Origin: Bacillota bacterium
GTDB taxonomy: Bacteria > Bacillota > Sulfobacillia > Sulfobacillales > Sulfobacillaceae
Direction of reading: 5' to 3'
Assembly: GCA_021795465.1 (NCBI GenBank)
Contig: JAJYPK010000003.1
Coordinates: 6,915-70,914, forward strand
Length of the DNA stretch: 64,000 bases
The notes beneath the pieces were generated by a model. It saw nothing but the letters and a program-made list of their open reading frames with translations, was not told the DNA's origin and did not search any database. Position 1 is the stretch's first letter, and each line of letters starts with the position of its first letter. Positions 50,761 through 59,598 of this stretch are shown here, one piece after another. The position numbers and the translations under genes were made by a program.

Positions 50761-52176
50761 ATCATCAGTCAGGGGGAGAATCGGTCCGGAAAATGGTCTG
50801 AGATACCGGCGGTTCATAAAATTTGGGGTGAATTTAACTCCCCATGGCCGCTACCGAAGGCATGGATCGAATGGGCTACACGCGACATTTTGGATGAGAT
50901 CCGTCGTCGCGTTGGTGACGGGTCGCCAGTGCCTTCGTTAGCGCGGATTGCGGAGTTGGTATTGCGTCGGGCCGAACATTTGCGACGTCCGCACCTGCGA
51001 CCGCTGATTAACGCGACAGGGGTCATTATTCATACCAACTTGGGCCGCTCCCCCTTAAGCACTGAAGTTATGGACTACGTGAAGACCGTGGCCACGCAAT
51101 ACTCCACGCTCGAGTATGACTTGGATCGAGGGGCGCGTGGGTCTCGACATGACCATGTGTCACGTCTGGTCCAAGCCGTGACCGGGGCGGAGTCGGCGAT
51201 CGTGGTCAATAACAATGCGGCGGCCGTGCTCCTGGCCCTGTCCGCACTGGCGCGAGAGCGCGAAGTGGTGGTGTCTCGGGGAGAACTGGTCGAAATTGGG
51301 GGAGCGTTTCGGATTCCCGAAGTGATGGCATTGTCTGGGGCCTACCTGCACGAAGTGGGGGCAACTAATAAGACGCACTGGAGGGATTACGAGACGGCCA
51401 TCACCGAGCGCACGGGGCTTCTCTTAAAAGTCCATCAGTCTAACTTTCGAATGATCGGATTTACGGACGCGGTGACGACGGAGGAACTGGTACGGCTGGG
51501 TCGTGCGAAAGGGGTCCCCATCATGGAGGACCTGGGTAGTGGCGTCATGTTTCCCTTTCAACTTGATGGTGTGGACGAACCGAGTGTGGCCATGGTCGTG
51601 GCAACCGGTATTGATGTGGTGACTTTCTCAGGAGACAAGCTGCTGGGAGGCCCGCAAGCCGGTATTATTGCGGGGGGCCGAGAATGGATAACGGCCATGA
51701 AGTCGCATCCACTTGCGCGAGCAGTGCGTGTAGACAAGATGACACTGGCTGCTTTGGAGGTGGTGCTCCGGGCATATCTCGAGGGTAATCAACGAACGTT
51801 GCCCCTGTGGCAGATGGTGGGGGAAACCCAGGAGGCGTTACATGAACGCGCGAGTGCGGTGGCGGCTATCTTGCACCGGAACCTTCCCGATACCGTGACG
51901 ATCGCTGTGACCCGCGATGTGAGCGAAGTCGGCGGGGGTTCGATGCCGGGTTCCCAATTGCCCACAGCGACGGTAAGTCTAAGCTCCAGGGACTGGACTG
52001 CGGCCGCGTGGGAACGGTCCCTACGTCAAGCGGCGATGCCCGTTGTGTGTCGCCTTCACCGAGATCAATTAATATTTGATCTACGCACTATTTTCCCTAG
52101 TCAAGAATCTCAGTTAATTGATACCATATTAGAGGGGTATCGGTCGATGACTGAATCCCAAGATGGACCCGCTTGA
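50761..52176 (+). CDS. selA: L-seryl-tRNA(Sec) selenium transferase
   Basis: The core reads INATGVIIHTNLGRS...FSGDKLLGGPQAG. The conserved N-terminal segment (SEIPAVHKIW...) lies upstream of the first canonical start (TTG 50890). I propose an ATC start at 50761/50764 behind GAGGGAGGA. Confidence 0.85.
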   Translation: MISQGENRSGKWSEIPAVHKIWGEFNSPWPLPKAWIEWATRDILDEIRRRVGDGSPVPSLARIAELVLRRAEHLRRPHLRPLINATGVIIHTNLGRSPLSTEVMDYVKTVATQYSTLEYDLDRGARGSRHDHVSRLVQAVTGAESAIVVNNNAAAVLLALSALAREREVVVSRGELVEIGGAFRIPEVMALSGAYLHEVGATNKTHWRDYETAITERTGLLLKVHQSNFRMIGFTDAVTTEELVRLGRAKGVPIMEDLGSGVMFPFQLDGVDEPSVAMVVATGIDVVTFSGDKLLGGPQAGIIAGGREWITAMKSHPLARAVRVDKMTLAALEVVLRAYLEGNQRTLPLWQMVGETQEALHERASAVAAILHRNLPDTVTIAVTRDVSEVGGGSMPGSQLPTATVSLSSRDWTAAAWERSLRQAAMPVVCRLHRDQLIFDLRTIFPSQESQLIDTILEGYRSMTESQDGPA

Positions 52177-52247
52177 CGATCTTACGGTGTCTTAGTTTGG
52201 GTGCCTTAAGATCGACGACATAGTGTGAGCAGGAGGAGAGAATAGCC

Positions 52248-53015
52248 GTGAAAATTCTCGTAATGGTCAAGCAAGTGCCGGATACGGCGACGCGTATTCG
52301 GGTTGGCGGGGATGGTGCATCGATTGCATCGGATGGAATTAAGTGGGTGATTAATCCGTATGACGAGTTTGCTATTGAAGAAGCTCTACAGATTCGCGAA
52401 CGATTACACGGGGAAGTGGTTGTGGTATCGGTTGGACCACAACGCGTAGAAGAAGCCATCCGCCAAACGTTAGCGATGGGGGTCGATCGCGGAGTCCACG
52501 TGAAAACCGACGTCGCCCTCGACTCCTATCAGGCCGCGGCTGCATTGGCTGCCGTAGCGCGCCAGGAAACCTTTGACTTGATTTTGACAGGTAAGCAGGC
52601 GGTGGATGATGATGCGGCGCAAGTGGGGCCTTTGATGTCAGTGTTGCTAGAGGTTCCTCAAGTGACCGTGGTGCTTAAATTATCGATTAACCCGGATACC
52701 CAGCGATTGATCGCGGAACGGGAATTGGAAGGGGCTATTGAGGTGGTCGAATTGCCTTATCCAGCCGTTATCACTGCGCAACGTGGCCTAAACGAACCAC
52801 GCTATCCCACCTTGCCAAACATCATGAAAGCGAAGAAGAAAGAGATCAGGGTAGAACTCTTGGAGTCGCTGGGGATCGACGTTGTACCAAAAGTCAGAAT
52901 CACGGCACTCACTGAACCCCCGGCCCGCCCTGTTGCCAAAATTTTGACCGGGGATCCCTTAGAGGCAGCAGAACAATTGGTGAATTTGTTACACCACGAA
53001 GCCAAGGTCTTATAG
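52248..53015 (+). CDS. etfB: Electron transfer flavoprotein beta subunit
   Basis: The sequences VKILVMVKQVPD and INPYDEFAIEEAL are present. Confidence 0.93.
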   Translation: MKILVMVKQVPDTATRIRVGGDGASIASDGIKWVINPYDEFAIEEALQIRERLHGEVVVVSVGPQRVEEAIRQTLAMGVDRGVHVKTDVALDSYQAAAALAAVARQETFDLILTGKQAVDDDAAQVGPLMSVLLEVPQVTVVLKLSINPDTQRLIAERELEGAIEVVELPYPAVITAQRGLNEPRYPTLPNIMKAKKKEIRVELLESLGIDVVPKVRITALTEPPARPVAKILTGDPLEAAEQLVNLLHHEAKVL

Positions 53016-53031
53016 GACGAGGAGGATTAGG

Positions 53032-54009
53032 ATGGGCGAGCAAATTTTAGTAGTCTTGCAACAGGAGGCCGGCAAAGTTCGGCATGTGGCCCTAGAGGCT
53101 TTGTCTTTGGCGCAACACTTAAGACCTGGACAGGTTACGGCATTGACTTTTGGTCCCGGATCCGAGTCGGCCCGGGATGTATTGGGACGCTATGGGGCCG
53201 ATCGATTGGTTTCTTTAAACCACGAGATGTTTGCCAGTTATAGCTCGGACGGTTTTGCTGAGGCCGTCCGTCAAGTAGAGAACATGGTAGAAGCTTCTGC
53301 AATCATCTTCCCTGCGACTGCATGGGGAAAAGATTTGGCGCCGCGGGTCGCAGGCCTTCTAGAGGCTGGATTGGCGTCAGACTGTACCGAAATCACTTCC
53401 GATGCCGATGGGCGCCTGGTTGCGATTCGACCCGTTTATGCTGGTAAGGCATTCGCCACGGTGCACATTGATAGCCCCGTACAGACCTTTTCGATTCGTC
53501 CCAACATCCAATCGGTCAAAGAGACTAATCGGTCTGCTGAACCGCTTAGTTGCCCCATCGAGCTTAGCGCGGAGTCTTTTCAGTCGAAGGTGGTTGAGGT
53601 ACGAACGCAGGCGACCGACGCCGTAGAATTGACCGAGGCGGAGATCATCGTTTCCGGGGGCCGTGGGATGAAGGGCCCTGAAAACTTTAAACTCTTGGAC
53701 GACTTGGCCCAGGCACTCGGTGCCGCCGTGGGATCGTCGCGACCGGTGGCCGACGAAGGATGGGTTCCGCATTCTTATCACATTGGACAGACGGGAAAAG
53801 TGGTCAGTCCCAACGTATATTTTGCTGTGGGAATTTCGGGAGCTATTCAACACTTGGCCGGGATCTCAGGATCTAAGTATATTGTGGCGATTAACAGTGA
53901 CTCCGAAGCCCCTATTTTTAAAGCGGCTAACTATGGCATCGTGGGAAACCTCTTTGATGTGGTGCCGTCTGTGACCAAAGCCGTTCTGGCCTTAAAGGCC
54001 GAGCAATAA
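53032..54009 (+). CDS. etfA: Electron transfer flavoprotein alpha subunit
   Basis: The C-terminal FAD-binding motifs GSSRPVADEGW, QTGKVVSPNVYFAVGISGAIQH and AINSD are present. Confidence 0.93.
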   Translation: MGEQILVVLQQEAGKVRHVALEALSLAQHLRPGQVTALTFGPGSESARDVLGRYGADRLVSLNHEMFASYSSDGFAEAVRQVENMVEASAIIFPATAWGKDLAPRVAGLLEAGLASDCTEITSDADGRLVAIRPVYAGKAFATVHIDSPVQTFSIRPNIQSVKETNRSAEPLSCPIELSAESFQSKVVEVRTQATDAVELTEAEIIVSGGRGMKGPENFKLLDDLAQALGAAVGSSRPVADEGWVPHSYHIGQTGKVVSPNVYFAVGISGAIQHLAGISGSKYIVAINSDSEAPIFKAANYGIVGNLFDVVPSVTKAVLALKAEQ

Positions 54010-54026
54010 CTAGCGAAAATTGTTCG

Positions 54027-54065
54027 CACCAGCGCCACTGGGCCATCCGCTCAGTGGCGCTGGTG
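54027..54065 (+). terminator. Perfect 14-bp stem hairpin after etfA (no U-tract)
   Basis: CACCAGCGCCACTG (54027-40) pairs perfectly with CAGTGGCGCTGGTG (54052-65) across an 11-nt loop. No T-run follows. Confidence 0.5.
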
Positions 54066-54188
54066 ATCGATGACAAGGATGACGAGGAACCACGCGAGAT
54101 ACCTGGGTGCGACTTGAGGGCCGATCGGGCGGGTTTTGTGGTGCCCCACTATATAACGGAATCTTTATGCAAAAGGACGTGATGCGCG

Positions 54189-54951
54189 ATGCATCTTCTC
54201 TGCGTAGGAGCACATGCCGCAGATATGGAAGTGACTGCCGGTGCAGTCGTGCTGACGGGCCGGTCACACGGCTACCTTTTTAGATTGCACGCTTGGAGAA
54301 CAGGATTTGAACAGGTGATCCGAGTCTAAGTCCCACAATCTATGCTGGGGAGAAGAAAAAAGAAGCGAATGACGCGGCACGACTTTTGCGGGCTCAGGCG
54401 AGATTTTTAGACTATCGAGATGGGGAACTGCTGGAATCGGAAAAGGCGGCCATGGACATTGCGTGGGTGATTCGCGAGGAGCGCCCAGATATTTTAATCA
54501 CCCATCCACCGCATTCGATTCACGATGACCATGCGCGATGTCTCGTTAATACCATGCGTGCGAACTTCCTGGCCGATCTACCAGCATTTGGTCCTGATCT
54601 TCCGACGCATTGGGTGTTGCGTCTGTATTTTGCGGAAAACTGGAGGGCATGGAAGAATTTGCTGCGGACAAATTTTTAGATGTGTCAGACCTCTTTGAAG
54701 ACCGAATTGGTGCGGCATCGGCGTACCGTCTCTTTCGAGGTGGGGTGTCGGCCTTTCGTTATCAAGATTATTATACGGCGTTGGCGGTGATGCGAGGATG
54801 TCTCGGCCGGATGGATAAGGCGGTGGCGTTTATACGCCCCAGAGGCTATGGACTATCAACGAGGAGCTCTCGTTTTGTAGAGACGGGCATAAAGCGTGCG
54901 AACGGGCATAGGGTAGGGCAAGACAAGGTTGGAATGTCCACCTTGTGGTAG
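54189..54951 (+). pseudogene. PIG-L/LmbE-family deacetylase (BshB-like), reading frame broken at least three times
   Basis: Collinear fragments lie in different frames. They are MHLLCVGAHAADMEVTAGAVVL, TFLDCTLGEQ, YAGEKKKEANDAARLLRAQARFLDYRDGEL...ILITHPPHSIHDDH and EGMEEFAADKFLDVSDLFEDRIGAASAY. Some breaks sit at short homopolymers. Confidence 0.7.
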
Positions 54952-54963
54952 GAGGAATCCCCC

Positions 54964-55989
54964 GTGAAACGACCGCTAACGTTGCTCTTGCTGTTTGTAT
55001 TTGTTGCTGCTCAAATTTATTTTGCGAGGCAACCGATTTCACATCAGGTTCAAGGGTCGACTTGGATCGAAGTCAGTACCATGCCTGGAGGATTGGTGGA
55101 GCGCGGTCAAACGTACTATGTGGTTGGGACGACCCAAGCTTTGGCCCTCCATGCTAATGGAGTCCATATTACCTCACGACATGAGACTCTTACCTGGATG
55201 GACGTGCCGGAACCTTCTGGGCAGAATGTCTGGCATCTTGCCGTAGGGGGTGGCGTCGGTGTTCCGCTCGTAGGAGTGGGTGGCCAAATTTATCCGGCCC
55301 CAAATGGACAGAGTGTCGTGTGGGTCGATGGATCAACGAAAAGGGCCTATGTATCGAATCCTGCAGCAAGTGCTCTAACACCTATTCAATCCAATTTTGG
55401 CAGTGTTCAGCGAGCGGTGTGGGCATCTGACAGTCGCGCTTTGGCCTTATTAGGTAGAGGTTCTGAAGGCCAGGGGATCTATGTGTGGGATGGAGATCAT
55501 CGACTACAGGCTGCCATTCTCCCTAGTGGGGGCATGAAAATTTTGGGATTCGGCATCACGCAGCATGAAAGTGTTATCGCGGCGCTCAGTTCGGGAAGAG
55601 TCGTGCTCCAGGGTACGGGATTGGTGAGTCAGATTCCTTCCCTGAGTCCCATTGCCATAAGCCGGCATCATGCGACCGTCTTGGGTATGACCTCGACCCA
55701 GGTTATTTTATGGCATCGAGGACAAATTGCCCGCATCAACCGCCCCGACCTAGCTTGGAATGGAGTCCCGAGGTTTTCGAAAAATGGTGAGTACGCCGCG
55801 GTTCTCGCACGTAATATGGGTGGTCAAAAGCAATTATTACTTTATGGTTTCCATCAACATTGGAGTATAACCCTGCCGTACGCACAAATTTCTTGTCATT
55901 TAATTGGATTTGTAGGCGATCACTGGGTGTTGGTCACCGTGCCCCATGGCCCCCATCGTGGGACCTATGCGTGGTGGATCAATGGATAA
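54964..55989 (+). CDS. Hypothetical exported/anchored protein with beta-propeller-like repeats
   Basis: An N-terminal hydrophobic signal or anchor (LTLLLLFVFVAAQIYF) is present. Repeated segments PNGQSVVW, WASDSRALALL and FSKNGEYAAVL recall TolB/WD40-like blades. Confidence 0.55.
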   Translation: MKRPLTLLLLFVFVAAQIYFARQPISHQVQGSTWIEVSTMPGGLVERGQTYYVVGTTQALALHANGVHITSRHETLTWMDVPEPSGQNVWHLAVGGGVGVPLVGVGGQIYPAPNGQSVVWVDGSTKRAYVSNPAASALTPIQSNFGSVQRAVWASDSRALALLGRGSEGQGIYVWDGDHRLQAAILPSGGMKILGFGITQHESVIAALSSGRVVLQGTGLVSQIPSLSPIAISRHHATVLGMTSTQVILWHRGQIARINRPDLAWNGVPRFSKNGEYAAVLARNMGGQKQLLLYGFHQHWSITLPYAQISCHLIGFVGDHWVLVTVPHGPHRGTYAWWING

Positions 55990-56115
55990 TTTCGGCTGAT
56001 ATTTCCAAGCGAAAACACTTCCATTCACTAGAGGGGCATGGTATGATAGGCGCTGTGGTTTGAATCTTGACGAACGCTGAGCCTTAAACTACAATGTAAC
56101 TCGCATCTTTTTTAT

Positions 56116-56190
56116 GGGCGAATAGCTCAGCGGTAGAGCACCTGCCTTACAAGCAGGGGGTCACAGGTTCGATCCCTGTTTCGCCCACCA
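56116..56190 (+). tRNA. tRNA-Val (anticodon TAC)
   Basis: I folded the cloverleaf by hand. The acceptor is GGGCGAA/TTCGCCC, the anticodon arm is CCTGC-CTTACAA-GCAGG, the T-loop is GGTTCGATCC, and CCA is encoded. Confidence 0.9.
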
Positions 56191-56201
56191 ATTGCATAAA
56201 C

Positions 56202-56279
56202 GGAGGCGTGGTGTAGTCGGCCTAACACGCATGCCTGTCACGCATGAGATCACGGGTTCGAATCCCGTCGCCTCCGCCA
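56202..56279 (+). tRNA. tRNA-Asp (anticodon GTC), copy 1
   Basis: The acceptor is GGAGGCG/CGCCTCC, the D arm is GTGT/ACAC, and the anticodon arm is CATGC-CTGTCAC-GCATG. G73 is present and CCA is encoded. Confidence 0.88.
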
Positions 56280-56284
56280 TAGAT

Positions 56285-56360
<76 letters not shown>

Positions 56361-56377
56361 TTATTCAACTCATAGAT

Positions 56378-56454
56378 GGTCCCGTCGGTTAGTGGCCCAA
56401 GCCGCCGCGTTGTCAGCGCGGAGATCGCCGGTTCGAATCCGGCCGGGACCGCCA
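56378..56454 (+). tRNA. tRNA-Asp (anticodon GTC), copy 2, divergent body
   Basis: The acceptor is GGTCCCG/CGGGACC, the D arm is GGTT/AGCC with loop AGTGGCCCA, the anticodon arm is CCGCG-TTGTCAG-CGCGG, and the T arm is GCCGG-TTCGAAT-CCGGC. G73 is present and CCA is encoded. Confidence 0.8.
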
Positions 56455-56458
56455 TTTT

Positions 56459-56487
56459 AATCTCCCTAAGACGAGGGAGATTTTTTC
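56459..56487 (+). terminator. Intrinsic terminator of tRNA cluster
   Basis: The stem AATCTCCCT pairs with AGGGAGATT across the loop AAGACG. A TTTTTTCT tract follows. Confidence 0.85.
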
Positions 56488-56600
56488 TGTTATTGTCGAA
56501 TCCGCAAATTCTTTCCAAATTCGCATGGCTGAGGCCGATGGCAGTGGTGCCATGGACCGGTCGCACAACTTATATATCTCCGCCCTGAACGACGGATTGG

Positions 56601-57518
56601 CTACCGGTACTGAATGCGAGGATCTACGAAGCTGTAGGCCAGGTCCGACAACAGGCCGCCGATTACCGTCACTAGGGCCAGCACTAGAGATACCGTCGTC
56701 GCTTGGGCAAAATAAAGCCCGTTCAAGGAGCTAATGAGAGCAATGCCAAGACCGGGCATGGCAAAAATAATTTCGAGCGCAATGACCGTGTTGAGCATGG
56801 TGGGGAGCGATAACCCAATCACGGTAATGAGGGGCAGGAGAGAATTCTTAAAGGTATGGTGCCGTACGAGATTGATTGCTGCCACCCCTTTGGCGCGTGC
56901 GGTGCGTACGTAGTCGGCCGCACCGGCCTCATCGAGGGAGGATCGCAGATGCCGTGACCAAGGTCCCACCACGGATAGGGAGAGTGTCGCGATTGGCATG
57001 ATTTCGTGTCGGATCCACGAGACGAGTCCGTGATGCATGACCGCCACCCCTGACGCGGGCAGGATCGGATAGTTTACCCCGAACAAAAACACCAGTAGAC
57101 TTCCTAGCCAAAATCCGGGGACAGCACTCAGAGTATTGAGAATGACCCCAATCGCTCGGTCCAAAATAGTGCGCGGATGACGCACTTGGACAGTCGCCAC
57201 GCCAATCGCCGAAAGGACGGCGACCAGCATTCCGAGGCCTAACATCTCCAAGGTAGGGGGTAGAGAACGGATCAGAACGCGACCCATTCCACCGTTCCAG
57301 AATGCCGCCTTCATCCACAAATAGAACTGAATGGGTAGCGGAAGATTGAGTCCCATTTGATCATTCAATTGAGCTATGCGTTGGGGCGTGACCTGCTTCC
57401 CTAGCATAGCGGCAGCAGGACTCCCATGATACAAGTGCAAGAGAGCAAAAATAAGGACCATAATCCCAAATAGTGCAACAATCGCTTCCACTAAGCGTCT
57501 CAACAGGAACCGGGTCAT
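56601..57518 (-). CDS. ABC transporter permease (peptide/nickel DppB/OppB type)
   Basis: The N-terminus is MTRFLLRRLVEAIVALFG and an EAA-like loop (DYVRTARAKGV) and C-terminal DPRIQY are present. The ATG at 57518 overlaps the upstream stop as ATGA. Confidence 0.85.
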   Translation of the reverse strand: MTRFLLRRLVEAIVALFGIMVLIFALLHLYHGSPAAAMLGKQVTPQRIAQLNDQMGLNLPLPIQFYLWMKAAFWNGGMGRVLIRSLPPTLEMLGLGMLVAVLSAIGVATVQVRHPRTILDRAIGVILNTLSAVPGFWLGSLLVFLFGVNYPILPASGVAVMHHGLVSWIRHEIMPIATLSLSVVGPWSRHLRSSLDEAGAADYVRTARAKGVAAINLVRHHTFKNSLLPLITVIGLSLPTMLNTVIALEIIFAMPGLGIALISSLNGLYFAQATTVSLVLALVTVIGGLLSDLAYSFVDPRIQYR

Positions 57519-58397
57519 GAGGAGACCTCCTTCTGGACCCACAATGTTTCGCGCAGGGCGTCGGCAATGAAGTTTACAGATAGTTGTATCAAGACAAGCG
57601 CAAAACCCGGGAATACCATGGTCCACCAGTAGCCGGCTGACATATTTGCCGTGCTGCTGGCAATCATTTCGGCCCAATTAGGGTACGGTGGTGGGAGCCC
57701 AAAACCTAGAAAGCTAGCTGTTGCTAGTACCAGAACGGCTGAACCCACCTGGGCGGTCGAGGTTACCCCGATGGTACTCCATTGACTGGGGAGTATATGT
57801 CGGAACGCGATTCGGATATCGCTGGCACCGAGCGATTGGGCTGCGATGACATATTCCAATTCGCGGCCTCGGAGCGCTTCGGCGCGAACCAGTCGCGCCA
57901 CGACCGGCCACGACGTGACCGCCACGACAAAAATCATGGTAGTTGGGCTAGGACGTAGGAGAACATCGATGAGCAGGAGGGGGACTAATTGTGGAATGCT
58001 AAGGACAACGTCCGTTGTCCAGGTGAGAATAAGGTCGACGGCCCCTCCGAGGAATCCACCGGCAAGCCCGATCAGGGTTCCGATTGCAGTCGCTACCAGC
58101 GCCGAAGCTACTCCGACGGCAATCAGTGACTGCCCTCCCAACATGATTCGCGCCAATTCGTTGCGACCGAGTCCATCGCCACCCAACGGCAGCGAGGACG
58201 AAGGGCCGTGACCGATCCAATTCAAATGGATCGCATAAGGACTTGCGTGATAAATAAGGGGGCCAATAAAACATAGACCGATGAGTCCAACCAGGATAAG
58301 AGATCCAAGCCAAAAAGAGAGTGTGAGTTACGATGCTCGAAGAATGCCCGCGAAGAGGAAGATGTTGGTCCATTGTGAGGGCTTTGGGGTGGTCCAT
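57515..58397 (-). pseudogene. ABC transporter permease (DppC/OppC type), N-terminus in a different frame
   Basis: The core (GGDGLGRNELARIMLGG...) is intact. The N-terminal TM (LSFWLGSLILVGLIGLCFIGPL) has no in-frame start. An ATG with a GAGGTGA Shine-Dalgarno sequence at 58397 is in another frame, and the switch lies near the A5 run at 58312-58316. Confidence 0.6.
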
Positions 58398-59110
58398 TCA
58401 GTCACCTCAGTAAGATGTGTATTGTGCGAATCGCGCACGAGACAGTGATGCTTTGCCCAACATGCACGTTTTTTCATTCGGACCCGTGGCTAGGTGTTCG
58501 TGACGTGGGGCACAATGAATAGAACCTGTGTCTTTTTCGATATTTTGTAGTGCTTCTATTGCTTTGATAGAGGTACACTCGTTGTATTCGCCGTAAAGGA
58601 CAAGAAACCCTGCTGAAATATTATGGGAGCGAAAACCGCAATAGCCGCCGTAAACTACCTCGATCTCTCAGAAATCAAGCCATGAACTTTGCCGCCTGTC
58701 GTCCGGTCTTTTTCTTGATCTTGGGACGCCCTCTCGAGCTTCTGAAAGAATCGGCAGTCGCCTTGGTGGAATTTGACCGCCCTATGCCGTAAGATCTGGG
58801 ACGGCACCTTTCGCGGGAACGCGGTGCGTTCCGTGATGAACTGACTATACGCTTGATCTAATCAGCCGTTGCGAACCAATCCATGGCAGCAAGACCGATT
58901 GCTGTTCGTGGCCGGATGCACCCCCTCCCGGCTTTGCCTGGAAAGGGGAATGCGCGAGCATTACGTGCAACTTTCCATAGGAGGTTACGTGGTTAGTTGC
59001 CCTGATGTGAGATGATATTTTGACAAACACCATCGTGTGTAAGGCTTTCAGGATCTATTTCACTTTCGATCGGTTCAAACCCCAATTTTATGCGATGGGT
59101 ATTACCGATC

Positions 59111-59159
59111 TTGATTGCACGAGAGAATTTATGGTATATAAGCATATAGTGATATACTT
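59111..59159 (+). promoter_or_regulatory. Candidate arsR promoter and operator
   Basis: TTGATT (59111-16) is followed after 18 nt by TATATA (59135-40). An imperfect inverted repeat AAGCATAT-N4-ATATACTT (59140-59159) lies between the -10 and the Shine-Dalgarno sequence. Confidence 0.5.
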
Positions 59160-59172
59160 ATGGAGGTGGAGA

Positions 59173-59565
59173 ATGTACACCGAATGGGCAGAACGCTTTC
59201 GCGTACTTGGCGATGCTACTCGGTTACGTATTTTGAGTCTGCTATCCGTGCGGGACGCCTGTGTCTGCGAGTTAGTGGAATTATTGCCGATAACTCAGCC
59301 TGCTGTTTCGCAACATTTGCGCAAACTTAAACTGGCAGGCCTGGTCGATGAGTATCGTGTGAAATCCTGGAGATTTTATCGTTTGCAAGCCGATATGCCG
59401 CCCTATATTGGCTCCTGGATTCAGGAGTTGAAAGTCGGGGACAGCGATATCGTGTGGCTTAAGACGCATCAGGTGGGGGCTACATGTACGATCAACAAGA
59501 GTGCGCGAGTCAACTCGACGGATGACGAAGTGGGGATGCTGGATGAGACCGATGATCATCGCTAG
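59173..59565 (+). CDS. arsR: ArsR/SmtB-family metalloregulator
   Basis: The sequence LGDATRLRILSLL...DACVCELVELLPITQPAVSQHLRKLKLAGLV contains the CVC metal-binding motif and a wHTH. The ATG at 59173 follows GGAGGTGGAG. Confidence 0.88.
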   Translation: MYTEWAERFRVLGDATRLRILSLLSVRDACVCELVELLPITQPAVSQHLRKLKLAGLVDEYRVKSWRFYRLQADMPPYIGSWIQELKVGDSDIVWLKTHQVGATCTINKSARVNSTDDEVGMLDETDDHR

Positions 59566-59598
59566 TCATCGTGGATCATTCAAGGGAGCGGGAATTCT

